Assembly (NCBI GenBank): GCA_964577395.1
Contig: CAZNYQ010000006.1
Coordinates: forward strand, 7,155 to 71,154
Source: an uncultured Candidatus Saccharibacteria bacterium
Lineage (GTDB): Bacteria > Patescibacteriota > Minisyncoccia > JBAYJV01
Direction of reading: 5' to 3'
Length of the DNA: 64,000 nucleotides
Shown in pieces: positions 47,337 through 56,978 of the stretch. The notes under the pieces were generated by a model. The model did no database searches. It was not told the origin of the DNA and saw only the letters and a program-made list of their open reading frames with translations. The position numbers and the translations under genes were made by a program. Each line of letters opens with the position of its first letter. Within the stretch, counting starts at the first letter, position 1.

Positions 47337-47349
47337 ATTATTAAAATTT

Positions 47350-47601
47350 GTGAAAAAAACTTTCTTAATTAAAATTTTATCAGATAAAGCACTGTTAACT
47401 TTGAAAAATCATCAAGTAATTATTAAACGTCAAATTGCTTCTGATAAAACTTTTTCAGAGAATTTTCTATATACTATAGATAAAATAATTAAAGAAACAA
47501 AGCTACAAGAATTACCAACGTTTAAGGTAAGTTGTAGTCAAAATGCAAGTGCGATCTCTTGTAATGTTGCCAAAGCAACTATTAAAGGATTAGAACAATA
47601 G
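47350..47601 (+). CDS. Small protein, possibly a miniaturised TsaB-like domain
   Basis: FSENFLYTIDKII and CNVAKATIKGL loosely match TsaB helices. Confidence 0.5.
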   Translation: MKKTFLIKILSDKALLTLKNHQVIIKRQIASDKTFSENFLYTIDKIIKETKLQELPTFKVSCSQNASAISCNVAKATIKGLEQ

Positions 47602-47605
47602 ATTT

Positions 47606-48487
47606 ATGAAATCACTTCATAAAAAAAGAATCGGTATATTAGGTAAAGGTGGTAGCGGTAAGAGTACAATAACTGTTTTGCTATCTAAAATATTTGCAAA
47701 ACAAGGTTATACTGTTGTTGTTTTAGACGCTGATTCAACTAATATAGGTCTCTATAAAGCATTAGGATTTAAAAAAGCGCCTCGTTCAATGATGGAATAT
47801 TTTGGTGGCACTACTTTTGGCGGCGGTTTAGTAACATGTCCGGTTGATGACCCTACTTTCTTACCTAAAGCAAAAATATCTCTTGAGAAAATTTCTTGTG
47901 CCTATTATGTAAAAAACCAGCAAGGAATCTTGTTATTTGTTTTAGGTAAGATAGGCGATAAGGGTCCAGGATCTGGATGTGATGGACCTATCTCAAAGAT
48001 TACTAGAGATTTAACAATATCTGATGCCGGTGATAATGTTATTACTCTTATAGATCTTAAGGCTGGTCTCGAAGATTCTGCAAGGGGTGTTATTACTAGC
48101 TTAGATGGCATTATTACAGTTGTTGATCCTACGAATGCTGCTATTCAGATAGCAAAAGATATTCAGGTAACTATTAATCAGATTAAGGAAGGTGTTCCTC
48201 CATCTACAGATCATTTAAAAGATATTGCTTTAGTTAATGTTGCCCGGGAAATGTTTCGAAAGGCAAAGATAAAAGATAGTTTTGTTATTCTTAATAAAAT
48301 AGATAACCAAAACACAGAAAAATATTTAAAAGATGCATTGAAAAATTTAAAAATTTTAGGGACCCTTCCAAAAGATCCAATAATTACGTCAGCTTGGCTT
48401 AGAGGAACTGTCCTTAAAGAAACTTTTTTTCACGATGCTTTACGGGAGATTATTGCTAATTTAGAAATGGAATTTAAAGAAAATTAA
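47606..48487 (+). CDS. CooC/AcsF-like MinD-family ATPase
   Basis: GKGGSGKST, LDAD, LGKIG..PGSGCDGP, IDLKAGLEDSARG, VVDP, ILNK. Confidence 0.85.
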   Translation: MKSLHKKRIGILGKGGSGKSTITVLLSKIFAKQGYTVVVLDADSTNIGLYKALGFKKAPRSMMEYFGGTTFGGGLVTCPVDDPTFLPKAKISLEKISCAYYVKNQQGILLFVLGKIGDKGPGSGCDGPISKITRDLTISDAGDNVITLIDLKAGLEDSARGVITSLDGIITVVDPTNAAIQIAKDIQVTINQIKEGVPPSTDHLKDIALVNVAREMFRKAKIKDSFVILNKIDNQNTEKYLKDALKNLKILGTLPKDPIITSAWLRGTVLKETFFHDALREIIANLEMEFKEN

Positions 48488-48529
48488 TATTGAAAAATTA
48501 GTTTAAATTCACATATTTTTTATAGGGGG

Positions 48530-48557
48530 TTGACAAACAAATCTTGTGCGTTAAAAT
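48530..48557 (+). promoter_or_regulatory. rpoBC promoter, followed by a ~230-nt leader
   Basis: TTGACA - 16 nt - TAAAAT. Confidence 0.7.
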
Positions 48558-48796
48558 GTAAAAAGTAAAGAAAATATATACAATCCCAAGCGGAGGTTAA
48601 GTTTGGATACCTTAATCTTGCCGTTTTTGGTTTTTATCCATGTATTTTTACCTCAAAGCTCATCATCTTCTTTTTATATATCTAGAGCTTTAGGAATAAA
48701 GCTTACTAATGATTAAAACTGAGCTTTCTCAATTGTCTTTATAGTAAAAGCCTAATCGTTTAATTCGAACGAGGGCCTTTTGTTTATTATATTAAT

Positions 48797-51700
48797 ATGG
48801 TTAAAGAGAAAAAGTTTTCTAGTTTTCCAAAAAAAAGACTCCCGCTTCCTAATCTAATTGAAATTCAATTAGATTCATATAAATGGTTTTTTGAGAAAGG
48901 ACTTCGAGATTTATTTCAAGAGATTTCCCCTATTACTGATTACTCAGGCAAAGAGCTTGAGTTATCTTTTCTTAACTATCATTTAGGTAAGCCTAAGTAC
49001 GATGAGATTGAAGCGCGTAATCATAATGCTTCTTATGAAGCGCCCTTAAGAGTAAGGCTTAGCCTAAAGAATAAAAAAACAGGCGAGATTAAAGAACAAG
49101 ATGTCTTTATGGGAGACTTTCCTTTAATGACAGACAGAGGTACTTTCATTCTTAATGGAGTAGAAAGAGTTATTGTTTCTCAATTAACACGTTCACCGGG
49201 CGTGTTTTTTAATTCTCGTTATGAAAACGGAAGACATTATTTTGGAGCTAAAGTTATCCCTAATAGAGGAGCTTGGCTAGAATTTGAAACAAGTAATCGC
49301 CATGTTTTAACTGTTAAGGTTGATCGTAAGAGAAAAATTCCAGTCACTGCTTTTCTGAAAGCTTTTTCAGCTATTTGTGATGGAGAAAAACCCCTCATTA
49401 ATTCAGGTAAACATATTAAAGAAATCTTTCGAGGGTCAACTAAAACCGATGAGATTAACTATATTGAAAATACGCTTGAAAAAGACAATACCTCTGATCA
49501 AAAGGAAGGTCTTATTGAGGTATATAAGAGGGTCAGACCAGGCGAACTAGCTACAGTTGATAATGCAAAATCTCTCTTAAAGGCAATGTTTAGTTTTGAA
49601 AGATATGATTTATCAGAGGTAGGTCGTTGGAAAACTCGCCAACGTCTAGGTGGAGATTCTAAAAATCAGCAGATTAAAGTTAATGATAGAGTGCTTTCTA
49701 CCAAAGATATTGTTTCAATTATTAAAGAAATTATTCGTTTAAATAATACCCCTGGAGCAGAGCCTGATGATATCGATCATTTAAGTAATCGTCGTGTTAA
49801 ATGTGTAGGAGAATTACTTCAAAATCGCGTTCAAGTTGGTCTTGCCCGTGCTATTAGAATTATTAAAGATAGAATGAGTACTTTAGATATTTATACCTTA
49901 ACACCTGCTCAGTTAGTTAACGTAAGACCGTTAACTAGTGTTGTAAGAGAGTTTTTTATTTCTTCTCGTCTATCTCAATTTATGGACCAGATTAATCCTT
50001 TAGCAGAGTTAGAGCATAAGAGACGTATTTCAGCTATGGGTCCAGGTGGTTTAACAAAAGAGAGAGCTGGCTTTGCAGTACGCGATGTTCATCCATCTCA
50101 TTATGGCCGTCTTTGTCCTATTCAAACACCCGAAGGTCCTAACATTGGATTAGTGAATCATATCTCAACTTATGCTTCTTTAAATAAATATGGTTTTTTA
50201 ATTACTCCTTATTGGAAAGTTAATAACGGTCGTGTGACAAATAAAATTGAATATTTAACAGCTGGCAAAGAAGAAAAGAGCGTTATTTCGCACGCAAGTG
50301 AACCATTAGACAGTCAGGGTCATTTTAAAAACAAAAAAATCGAGGCACGCGTAAAAGGTAATCCTCGTTTAATTAAGAATTCTAGAGTGGAATATATGGA
50401 TGTTGCGCCTAATCAAGCTATTTCTGTAGCAACTTCTTTAATTCCCTTTCTTGAGCACGATGATGCCAACAGAGCCTTAATGGGATCAAACATGCAACGC
50501 CAAGCAGTTTCTTGTATTAATCCAGAAGCTCCTCTAGTAGGTACAGGCATGGAGCATAGAACAGCTATTGATTCAGGAATGATTGTAATTGCTCAAGAAG
50601 CAGGCGTAGTTCAAAAAGCTGATGCTCATCAAATTATTGTACGCAATACCCGCACTAAAAAAGATAAAACTTATCTTTTAGCTAATTTTAGAAGATCTAA
50701 TCAATATAGCTGTATTCATCAATGTAGTTTAGTTACTAAAGGTGATCGTATTAAAAAAGGCCAGGTTCTAGCAGAGGGTCCCGCGATTGATGGTGATGTG
50801 CTAGCTTTAGGTCAAAATTTATTAGTTGCTTTTATGTCTTGGGAAGGTTTTAATTTTGAAGATGCTGTCATTATTTCTGAGAAAGTTGTTAAAGAAGATC
50901 GTTTCAGTTCAATCCATATAGAGGATTTCATTATTGATGTACGAGATACTCGTCTTGGACCTGAAATGACCACACCTGATATTCCTAATGTTGGAGAGGA
51001 GCGCTTGAAAGACCTTGATGAAGAAGGAGTTATTCGAGTAGGAGCTGAGGTAAAGCAGGGCGACATCTTAGTAGGCAAAATTTCTCCTAAAGGAGAGACA
51101 GATCTCACCTCAGAGGAAAGACTTTTACGTTCCATTTTTGGAGAGAAAGCACGTGATGTTAAGGATAGCTCTCTTACATTACCTCATGGTAAGCAAGGTA
51201 GAGTAATTGGCGTAAGAACCTTCTCCCAAGAAAATGGAGATAAACTGCCTTCTGGAGTGATTAAAAGTGTTCAAGTTGAAGTAGCGCAGCTTAAAAAAAT
51301 TCAAGTGGGCGATAAATTAGCAGGACGTCATGGTAATAAGGGAGTCATTTCTAAAATCTTATCAGAGGAAGATATGCCTCATTTAGCTGATGGCACACCA
51401 GTTGATATTATTTTAAATCCTTTAGGCGTAGCTTCTCGAATGAATATTGGTCAGATTTTAGAAACACATTTAGGTATGGTAGCTCAAAAATTAGGTTATC
51501 GCGCTTTAACGCCTGTTCTAGCTGGTGTTAAGGAAGATGAAATTGCTCAAGAGATGACAAAAGCTGGCTATGATCAAACTGGTAAATTTAATCTTTATGA
51601 CGGAAGAACGGGATCAATGTTTCATCAGCCTGTTACGGTTGGCTATATCTACATAATGAAACTGAATCACTTAGTAAGCGATAAGATTCATATGAGATCT

Positions 51701-52009
51701 ATTGGTCCTTATTCTTTAATTACACAACAGCCCTTAGGAGGCAAATCTCAGTTTGGCGGACAGCGTTTTGGAGAAATGGAAGTTTGGGCTTTAGAAGGAC
51801 ATGGTACAGCTCATGCTTTACAAGAAATGCTAACCATTAAATCTGATGATGTTTTAGGAAGAGCAGCTGCTTACGAATCTATTATTCGAGGTCAGGATAT
51901 TAAAAATCCCAATATTCCAGCCTCCTTCAATGTTTTATTAAATGAAATTAAAGGGCTTGGTTTTTCAGTTGACTTACTTGGTAAAAAAGTCGCTAAAAAA
52001 GGCAATTAA
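48797..52009 (+). CDS. rpoB: RNA polymerase subunit beta
   Basis: LSQFMDQ, HYGRLCPIQTPEGPNIG, GDKLAGRHGNKG, GGQRFGEME. Confidence 0.99.
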   Translation: MVKEKKFSSFPKKRLPLPNLIEIQLDSYKWFFEKGLRDLFQEISPITDYSGKELELSFLNYHLGKPKYDEIEARNHNASYEAPLRVRLSLKNKKTGEIKEQDVFMGDFPLMTDRGTFILNGVERVIVSQLTRSPGVFFNSRYENGRHYFGAKVIPNRGAWLEFETSNRHVLTVKVDRKRKIPVTAFLKAFSAICDGEKPLINSGKHIKEIFRGSTKTDEINYIENTLEKDNTSDQKEGLIEVYKRVRPGELATVDNAKSLLKAMFSFERYDLSEVGRWKTRQRLGGDSKNQQIKVNDRVLSTKDIVSIIKEIIRLNNTPGAEPDDIDHLSNRRVKCVGELLQNRVQVGLARAIRIIKDRMSTLDIYTLTPAQLVNVRPLTSVVREFFISSRLSQFMDQINPLAELEHKRRISAMGPGGLTKERAGFAVRDVHPSHYGRLCPIQTPEGPNIGLVNHISTYASLNKYGFLITPYWKVNNGRVTNKIEYLTAGKEEKSVISHASEPLDSQGHFKNKKIEARVKGNPRLIKNSRVEYMDVAPNQAISVATSLIPFLEHDDANRALMGSNMQRQAVSCINPEAPLVGTGMEHRTAIDSGMIVIAQEAGVVQKADAHQIIVRNTRTKKDKTYLLANFRRSNQYSCIHQCSLVTKGDRIKKGQVLAEGPAIDGDVLALGQNLLVAFMSWEGFNFEDAVIISEKVVKEDRFSSIHIEDFIIDVRDTRLGPEMTTPDIPNVGEERLKDLDEEGVIRVGAEVKQGDILVGKISPKGETDLTSEERLLRSIFGEKARDVKDSSLTLPHGKQGRVIGVRTFSQENGDKLPSGVIKSVQVEVAQLKKIQVGDKLAGRHGNKGVISKILSEEDMPHLADGTPVDIILNPLGVASRMNIGQILETHLGMVAQKLGYRALTPVLAGVKEDEIAQEMTKAGYDQTGKFNLYDGRTGSMFHQPVTVGYIYIMKLNHLVSDKIHMRSIGPYSLITQQPLGGKSQFGGQRFGEMEVWALEGHGTAHALQEMLTIKSDDVLGRAAAYESIIRGQDIKNPNIPASFNVLLNEIKGLGFSVDLLGKKVAKKGN

Positions 52010-52028
52010 ATAATATTTTAATAAATTT

Positions 52029-55000
52029 ATGATAGAAGAATCAATTCATGATTTTGATGCTCTGAAGCTTAAAATTGCTTCTCCGGAAGAGATATTAGCA
52101 TGGTCTCATGGAGAGGTAACTAAGCCAGAGACAATTAATTATAGAACTCACAGAGCTGAACGTGATGGCCTTTTTTGTGAACGTATTTTTGGGCCGGAAA
52201 AAGATTATGAATGTTACTGTGGCAAGTATAAAAAGATCCGCTATAAAGGAGTAGTGTGTGATAAATGTGGAGTTGAAGTGACTTCTTCATCAGTTAGGCG
52301 AGAAAGAATGGGTCATATTAGCTTAGCTGTGCCTGTTTCCCATATTTGGTTTTTAAGGGGCATTCCTTCCAAAATGAGTCTCTTTTTAGATATTTCTATT
52401 AAAAAATTAGAACGTGTTATCTATTTTACAAGTTATGTCATTATCAGCGTTGATGATGAAGCAAAGGCGGAAGCCTTAAAGAACGTCAGCTCTGAATTTA
52501 AAAAGAAGAGAAAAGAGTTGAAAAATTCTAAAGATTTAAGCGATAAACAACTTAAAAAAGCTTTAGCAGATCTTGAGATTGATTACAAAAAAGCCCGTGA
52601 TGAGGTAAATAGTCTCCAAAAAGGCCAGATTCTTTCAGAAGCAGATTATTATCATTTAAGCCGTAAATACGGCGAGATTTTTGAAGCAGGTATTGGGGCA
52701 GAAGCTTTAAGAAAGATGATGGAAAATATTAATCTTGAGGAACGCCAAAAAATATTGCAGAGCCAACTAGAAAAGGCAACCAAAAATCAGAGAAAAAGAT
52801 TATTGCACAAATCTCAATTAGTGGAAAGTTTTTTAAGAAATGAGATGCGGCCTGAATGGATGCTGTTAACAGTTATTCCTGTAATTCCGCCTGATTTAAG
52901 GCCTATGGTCCAGTTAGATGGAGGACGTTTTGCAACCTCGGATGTCAATGATCTATATCGCCGGGTTATCAATCGCAATAACCGCTTAAAGAGATTAAAA
53001 GATCTTAAAGCGCCTGAGGTAATTTTACGTAATGAAAAAAGAATGTTGCAAGAAGCTGTGGATGCTTTAATTGATAATTCAGCGCGTAAAGGCAAAGAAG
53101 TAAGAACATCAGGTGCTCAAAGTCGTGTTCTTAAATCTTTAGCAGATATGCTTAAGGGTAAGCAGGGACGTTTTCGCCAGAATCTTTTAGGTAAACGAGT
53201 TGATTATTCCGGCCGGTCAGTTATTATAGTTGGTCCTGAGCTTAGCCTAGATGAATGCGGCGTACCTAAGAAAATGGCTTTAGAAATTTTTAAACCTTTT
53301 GTTATTAATAAATTAATTTACGAGAAAGAACTTGTTGCTAATATTAAAGCAGCTAGTCGTTTTGTTGAAGAAGAGTCAGAAGAAGTTTGGGATACCCTAG
53401 AAGAAGTTATTCAAGGTAAGTACATTTTACTTAATCGTGCGCCTACCCTTCATCGTTTAAGTATTCAAGCTTTTAAGATTATTTTGATTGAAGGTAGTGC
53501 AATTAAACTACATCCTTTAGTTTGTCAGGCTTTTAACGCTGATTTTGATGGCGATCAAATGGCACTTCATTTACCTTTATCAGAAGCAGCTCAACAAGAA
53601 GCACGTAATTTGATGAGTGCATCAGCTAATCTTTTAAAACCAGCAACTGGCCAACCTATTGTAAGTGCTACGCAAGATATTGTTTTAGGAATTTATTGGA
53701 TGACAGAAATTGAACAAGGTGCTCCTGGAGAAGGTACTATCTTTAGTTCACCTGAGGAAGCACGTTTTGCCTATAAGCAAGGTAAGATTAAATTAAGAAC
53801 TAAGATTAAAATACCTTGTGCTAAGAAAGATGGTCAGATTATCGAGACAACCCTAGGCAGAGTAATTTTTAACGAAAAGATGCCAGCTACTTTTCCTTTT
53901 TACAATAAAACTTTAGACAAAAAGGCTTTAAAAAAGATCTTTGCTGATATTATTGATAAATATGATAATACCAAAGTAGCAGAGTTGCTTGATGATATTA
54001 AAAGATTGGGTTTTCATTATTCAACAAAATCAGGCATTAGCTGGGGCTATAAAGACCTTATTACTCCTCCAGAAAAACCAGCTATTCTAGTGGCAGCTCA
54101 AAAGAAAGTGGATGAATTTAACCTTCATTACCGTGAAGGATTATTAACGGACGAGGAAAGAAAAACTAAAGTTATTGACACATGGTTTGAGGCAATTGAT
54201 AAAATATCTAGTCTTGTTCCTAAGGCTTTACCTAAAGAAGGATCTATTTATCATATTTTTGCTTCAGGTTCACGTGGTTCTTGGGGACAAACAACCCAGA
54301 TGTCAGGTATTAAGGGATTAGTTATTAATCCAGCTTCGGAAATTATTGAATTGCCAGTTATTTCTAATTTTAAAGAAGGTTTTAATGCTTTAGAATACTT
54401 TATTTCCACTCATGGAGCTCGAAAAGGAACAACAGATACAGCACTTAAGACAGCGGCAGCTGGATATTTAACGCGTCGTTTGATTGATGTTTGTCAAGAT
54501 ATTATTATTCAAGAGCATGACTGTGGAGATAATGAAGGTATTACAATGTATCTTAAAGATAGTGAAGATATTGGATTAGGTTTTGATAGTCGCTTAGTAG
54601 GGCGTGTTATCTTAGAAGATATAAAACAGAATGGTAAAATTATCGCTAAAAAGAATGAATTAGTTGACAAAAGAACAGCTGAAAAGATTGCTGCCACAGG
54701 CATTAAAAAAATTCAAGTTCGTTCACCATTAACTTGCAAAGCTAAACATGGTTTATGTCAGAAATGTTTTGGGTACGACCTAGGAAAAAATAAATTGGCT
54801 GAGATTGGAACTGCCGTTGGTATTATTACTGCTCAATCTATTGGTGAGCCGGGAACTCAGTTGACAATGAGAACTTTTCATGCTGGTGGTGTTGCCGGTG
54901 AAGGAGATATTACGCAGGGATTGCCTCGTGTTGAAGAAATTTTGGAAATCCGTTCTCCTCATGAGCAAGCTCTTATTGCAGATGTTGATGGTAAAGTAGT

Positions 55001-55679
55001 CAAAGTTAAAAAGATTGGTGATAAGCAAGAACTTGTGATTGATAAAAGTGAAGAATTACTTGATGACAAAAAAATTGCTAAAAAATCACTCAAAACTAAA
55101 AAAGAGAAAAATAGAAGGACTTATACCTTACCTATCAATAAAAGAATTTTAGTTAAAGAAGGTGAATTAATTAGCAAAGGACAGCAATTAACAGATGGAC
55201 ACTTAGACCTTAAAACGCTTTATCGTCTTAGAAATAAAAAGGATGTTCAGCGCTATATCATTCGTGAAATTCAAGATATCTATTTCTTTCAAGGGGCTGC
55301 GATTGATGAAAGATATATTGAAGTAGTGGCGCGTAAAATGTTTTCTCGCATTCGTGTTTTAGACAGCGGTAAAACAGATCTTTTAGTGGGCGATGTTGTT
55401 GCAAGAACTGTTTTTGATGAAGCCAATTCTCATTTTCCTGCCAAAGACCAAGCTAAAGGAAAAGAATTGCTGATGGGGATTACCAAAGTATCCCTATCAA
55501 GCGAGAGTTTTCTTTCAGCTGCTTCTTTCCAAGAGACAGCTAAGGTCTTGATAAATGCTGCTTCTAGTGGTAGGGTAGATGAACTGAAAGGCTTGAAAGA
55601 AAATGTCATTATTGGTAAATTGATTCCTGCTGGCACAGGCTTTCAAAATAAGAAGTTAAATATAAATAAAAAAAAGTAA
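52029..55679 (+). CDS. rpoC: RNA polymerase subunit beta'
   Basis: KPETINYRT, zinc finger, NADFDGD, QSIGEPGTQLTMRTFH, GLKENVIIG. Confidence 0.99.
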   Translation: MIEESIHDFDALKLKIASPEEILAWSHGEVTKPETINYRTHRAERDGLFCERIFGPEKDYECYCGKYKKIRYKGVVCDKCGVEVTSSSVRRERMGHISLAVPVSHIWFLRGIPSKMSLFLDISIKKLERVIYFTSYVIISVDDEAKAEALKNVSSEFKKKRKELKNSKDLSDKQLKKALADLEIDYKKARDEVNSLQKGQILSEADYYHLSRKYGEIFEAGIGAEALRKMMENINLEERQKILQSQLEKATKNQRKRLLHKSQLVESFLRNEMRPEWMLLTVIPVIPPDLRPMVQLDGGRFATSDVNDLYRRVINRNNRLKRLKDLKAPEVILRNEKRMLQEAVDALIDNSARKGKEVRTSGAQSRVLKSLADMLKGKQGRFRQNLLGKRVDYSGRSVIIVGPELSLDECGVPKKMALEIFKPFVINKLIYEKELVANIKAASRFVEEESEEVWDTLEEVIQGKYILLNRAPTLHRLSIQAFKIILIEGSAIKLHPLVCQAFNADFDGDQMALHLPLSEAAQQEARNLMSASANLLKPATGQPIVSATQDIVLGIYWMTEIEQGAPGEGTIFSSPEEARFAYKQGKIKLRTKIKIPCAKKDGQIIETTLGRVIFNEKMPATFPFYNKTLDKKALKKIFADIIDKYDNTKVAELLDDIKRLGFHYSTKSGISWGYKDLITPPEKPAILVAAQKKVDEFNLHYREGLLTDEERKTKVIDTWFEAIDKISSLVPKALPKEGSIYHIFASGSRGSWGQTTQMSGIKGLVINPASEIIELPVISNFKEGFNALEYFISTHGARKGTTDTALKTAAAGYLTRRLIDVCQDIIIQEHDCGDNEGITMYLKDSEDIGLGFDSRLVGRVILEDIKQNGKIIAKKNELVDKRTAEKIAATGIKKIQVRSPLTCKAKHGLCQKCFGYDLGKNKLAEIGTAVGIITAQSIGEPGTQLTMRTFHAGGVAGEGDITQGLPRVEEILEIRSPHEQALIADVDGKVVKVKKIGDKQELVIDKSEELLDDKKIAKKSLKTKKEKNRRTYTLPINKRILVKEGELISKGQQLTDGHLDLKTLYRLRNKKDVQRYIIREIQDIYFFQGAAIDERYIEVVARKMFSRIRVLDSGKTDLLVGDVVARTVFDEANSHFPAKDQAKGKELLMGITKVSLSSESFLSAASFQETAKVLINAASSGRVDELKGLKENVIIGKLIPAGTGFQNKKLNINKKK

Positions 55680-55682
55680 ATA

Positions 55683-56273
55683 TTGTCTATGATAAATAAA
55701 TCTCAAAAAAGTTTTAATTCAAAAAAGAATTTCCAACAAGAATCAGAGTATGATAAGGAAATTTTAGATATCGCGCGTGTAACAAGGATTGTTGCCGGAG
55801 GCCGTCGTTTTAGTTTTAGAGCTACTGTAGCGGCAGGTAATAAAAATGGTTTGATTGGAGTAGGAGTCGGTAAGGGAAAAGATGTGGCTCAATCAATTAA
55901 TAAAGCTTTTAAGAAAGCTCAAAAAGATATGGTTAATGTTGATAGGGAGAATGGTACTATTCCAGTTGATATTATTGGTAAATTTAAAAGTACACGTGTT
56001 CTCTTAAAGCCTGCTCGTCGAGGTAGAGGTTTGATTGCTGGAGGAGCTGTTAGGGCTCTATGTAACTTAGCAGGGATTGAAAATATTTCTGCTAAAGTTT
56101 TGAGCCGTGGTAATAATAAATTAAATATTGCCCGAGCTACCCTAAATGCTTTTCAGAAAATTAATCAATTTAAATTAAGACTGGCAAATATTAAGAAAAA
56201 AGATCAAATTAAAGAAAACCCAACAGGTAATAAGCAAACTGCTAAAAAAGAAAGTTCTAAAAGCAGTAAATAA
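55683..56273 (+). CDS. rpsE: 30S ribosomal protein S5
   Basis: RVTRIVAGGRRFSF, GVGVGKG, LKPARRGRGLIAGG; ATG 55689 is a possible start. Confidence 0.97.
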   Translation: MSMINKSQKSFNSKKNFQQESEYDKEILDIARVTRIVAGGRRFSFRATVAAGNKNGLIGVGVGKGKDVAQSINKAFKKAQKDMVNVDRENGTIPVDIIGKFKSTRVLLKPARRGRGLIAGGAVRALCNLAGIENISAKVLSRGNNKLNIARATLNAFQKINQFKLRLANIKKKDQIKENPTGNKQTAKKESSKSSK

Positions 56274-56282
56274 AAAATATTT

Positions 56283-56864
56283 ATGCAAATTCACGAATTA
56301 AAAATTAATCATAAAAGAAAAAGAAAGAAAAGAATTGGTCGAGGAGGTAAGAAAGGAACTTTTTCAGGACGCGGCGTTAAAGGACAAAAAGCGCGCGCTG
56401 GTTCAACACCTAGACCTGCTTTACGGGATATTATTAAGAAATTTCCCAAAAAGCGTGGTTATACCTTTAATACTTTAAAGAAAAAACCAGCAATTTTAAA
56501 TCTTGGAACATTAAATGAGAAATTTTCTGATGGTGATATTATTGATTTAAAAACTTTAATTAAAAAGGGGCTTGTCAAGAAACAAACTCGCCAAGTTAAA
56601 ATTTTAGGACAAGGGGAATTAGCTAAAAAATTAAATTTTAAAGGTAGGTTTGCTTTTTCGTCATCTGCGCGGGCTAAAATTGAAAAAGCCAAAGGTAATA
56701 TTATTATCCAGGAAAAGAAAAGATCAACCTTACCTAAGAAAGAAAGGCAAAAAGCTAAGAAAAAGACAGTTGTTCGTAAAAAGCCTCGAAAGACAACCGA
56801 AGCTAACAAGAAAAAGTTAAATAAAGTTAAAAAAACTGCTAAAAAAAAGACAAGCAAGAAGTAA
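56283..56864 (+). CDS. rplO: 50S ribosomal protein L15 with Lys-rich C-terminal extension
   Basis: RIGRGGKKGTFSGRGVKGQKAR, PKKRG, VKILGQG, SSSARAKIEKA. Confidence 0.96.
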   Translation: MQIHELKINHKRKRKKRIGRGGKKGTFSGRGVKGQKARAGSTPRPALRDIIKKFPKKRGYTFNTLKKKPAILNLGTLNEKFSDGDIIDLKTLIKKGLVKKQTRQVKILGQGELAKKLNFKGRFAFSSSARAKIEKAKGNIIIQEKKRSTLPKKERQKAKKKTVVRKKPRKTTEANKKKLNKVKKTAKKKTSKK

Positions 56865-56876
56865 AAATATTTTAAG

Positions 56877-56905
56877 AAAGAACTTGTTTTACAAGTTCTT
56901 TTTTT
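56877..56905 (+). terminator. Intrinsic terminator ending rpoBC-rpsE-rplO
   Basis: aaagaacttgt-ttt-acaagttcttt and T-run. Confidence 0.8.
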
Positions 56906-56978
56906 AATTTAATTCATATTAAGCATTGACTTAATACTATTTTTATATTAGGATAATAAATATTAAAGGAGGTGAGTT

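Noticed and set aside
47164-47349. Replication origin
   Set aside because: No dnaA/dnaN nearby, only one perfect box and no switch in gene-strand bias; kept only as a regulatory candidate
49950-50050. Rifampicin-resistance allele of rpoB (SSRLSQ instead of SSQLSQ)
   Set aside because: Key Q, D, H and S positions of the cluster are retained; phenotype cannot be inferred
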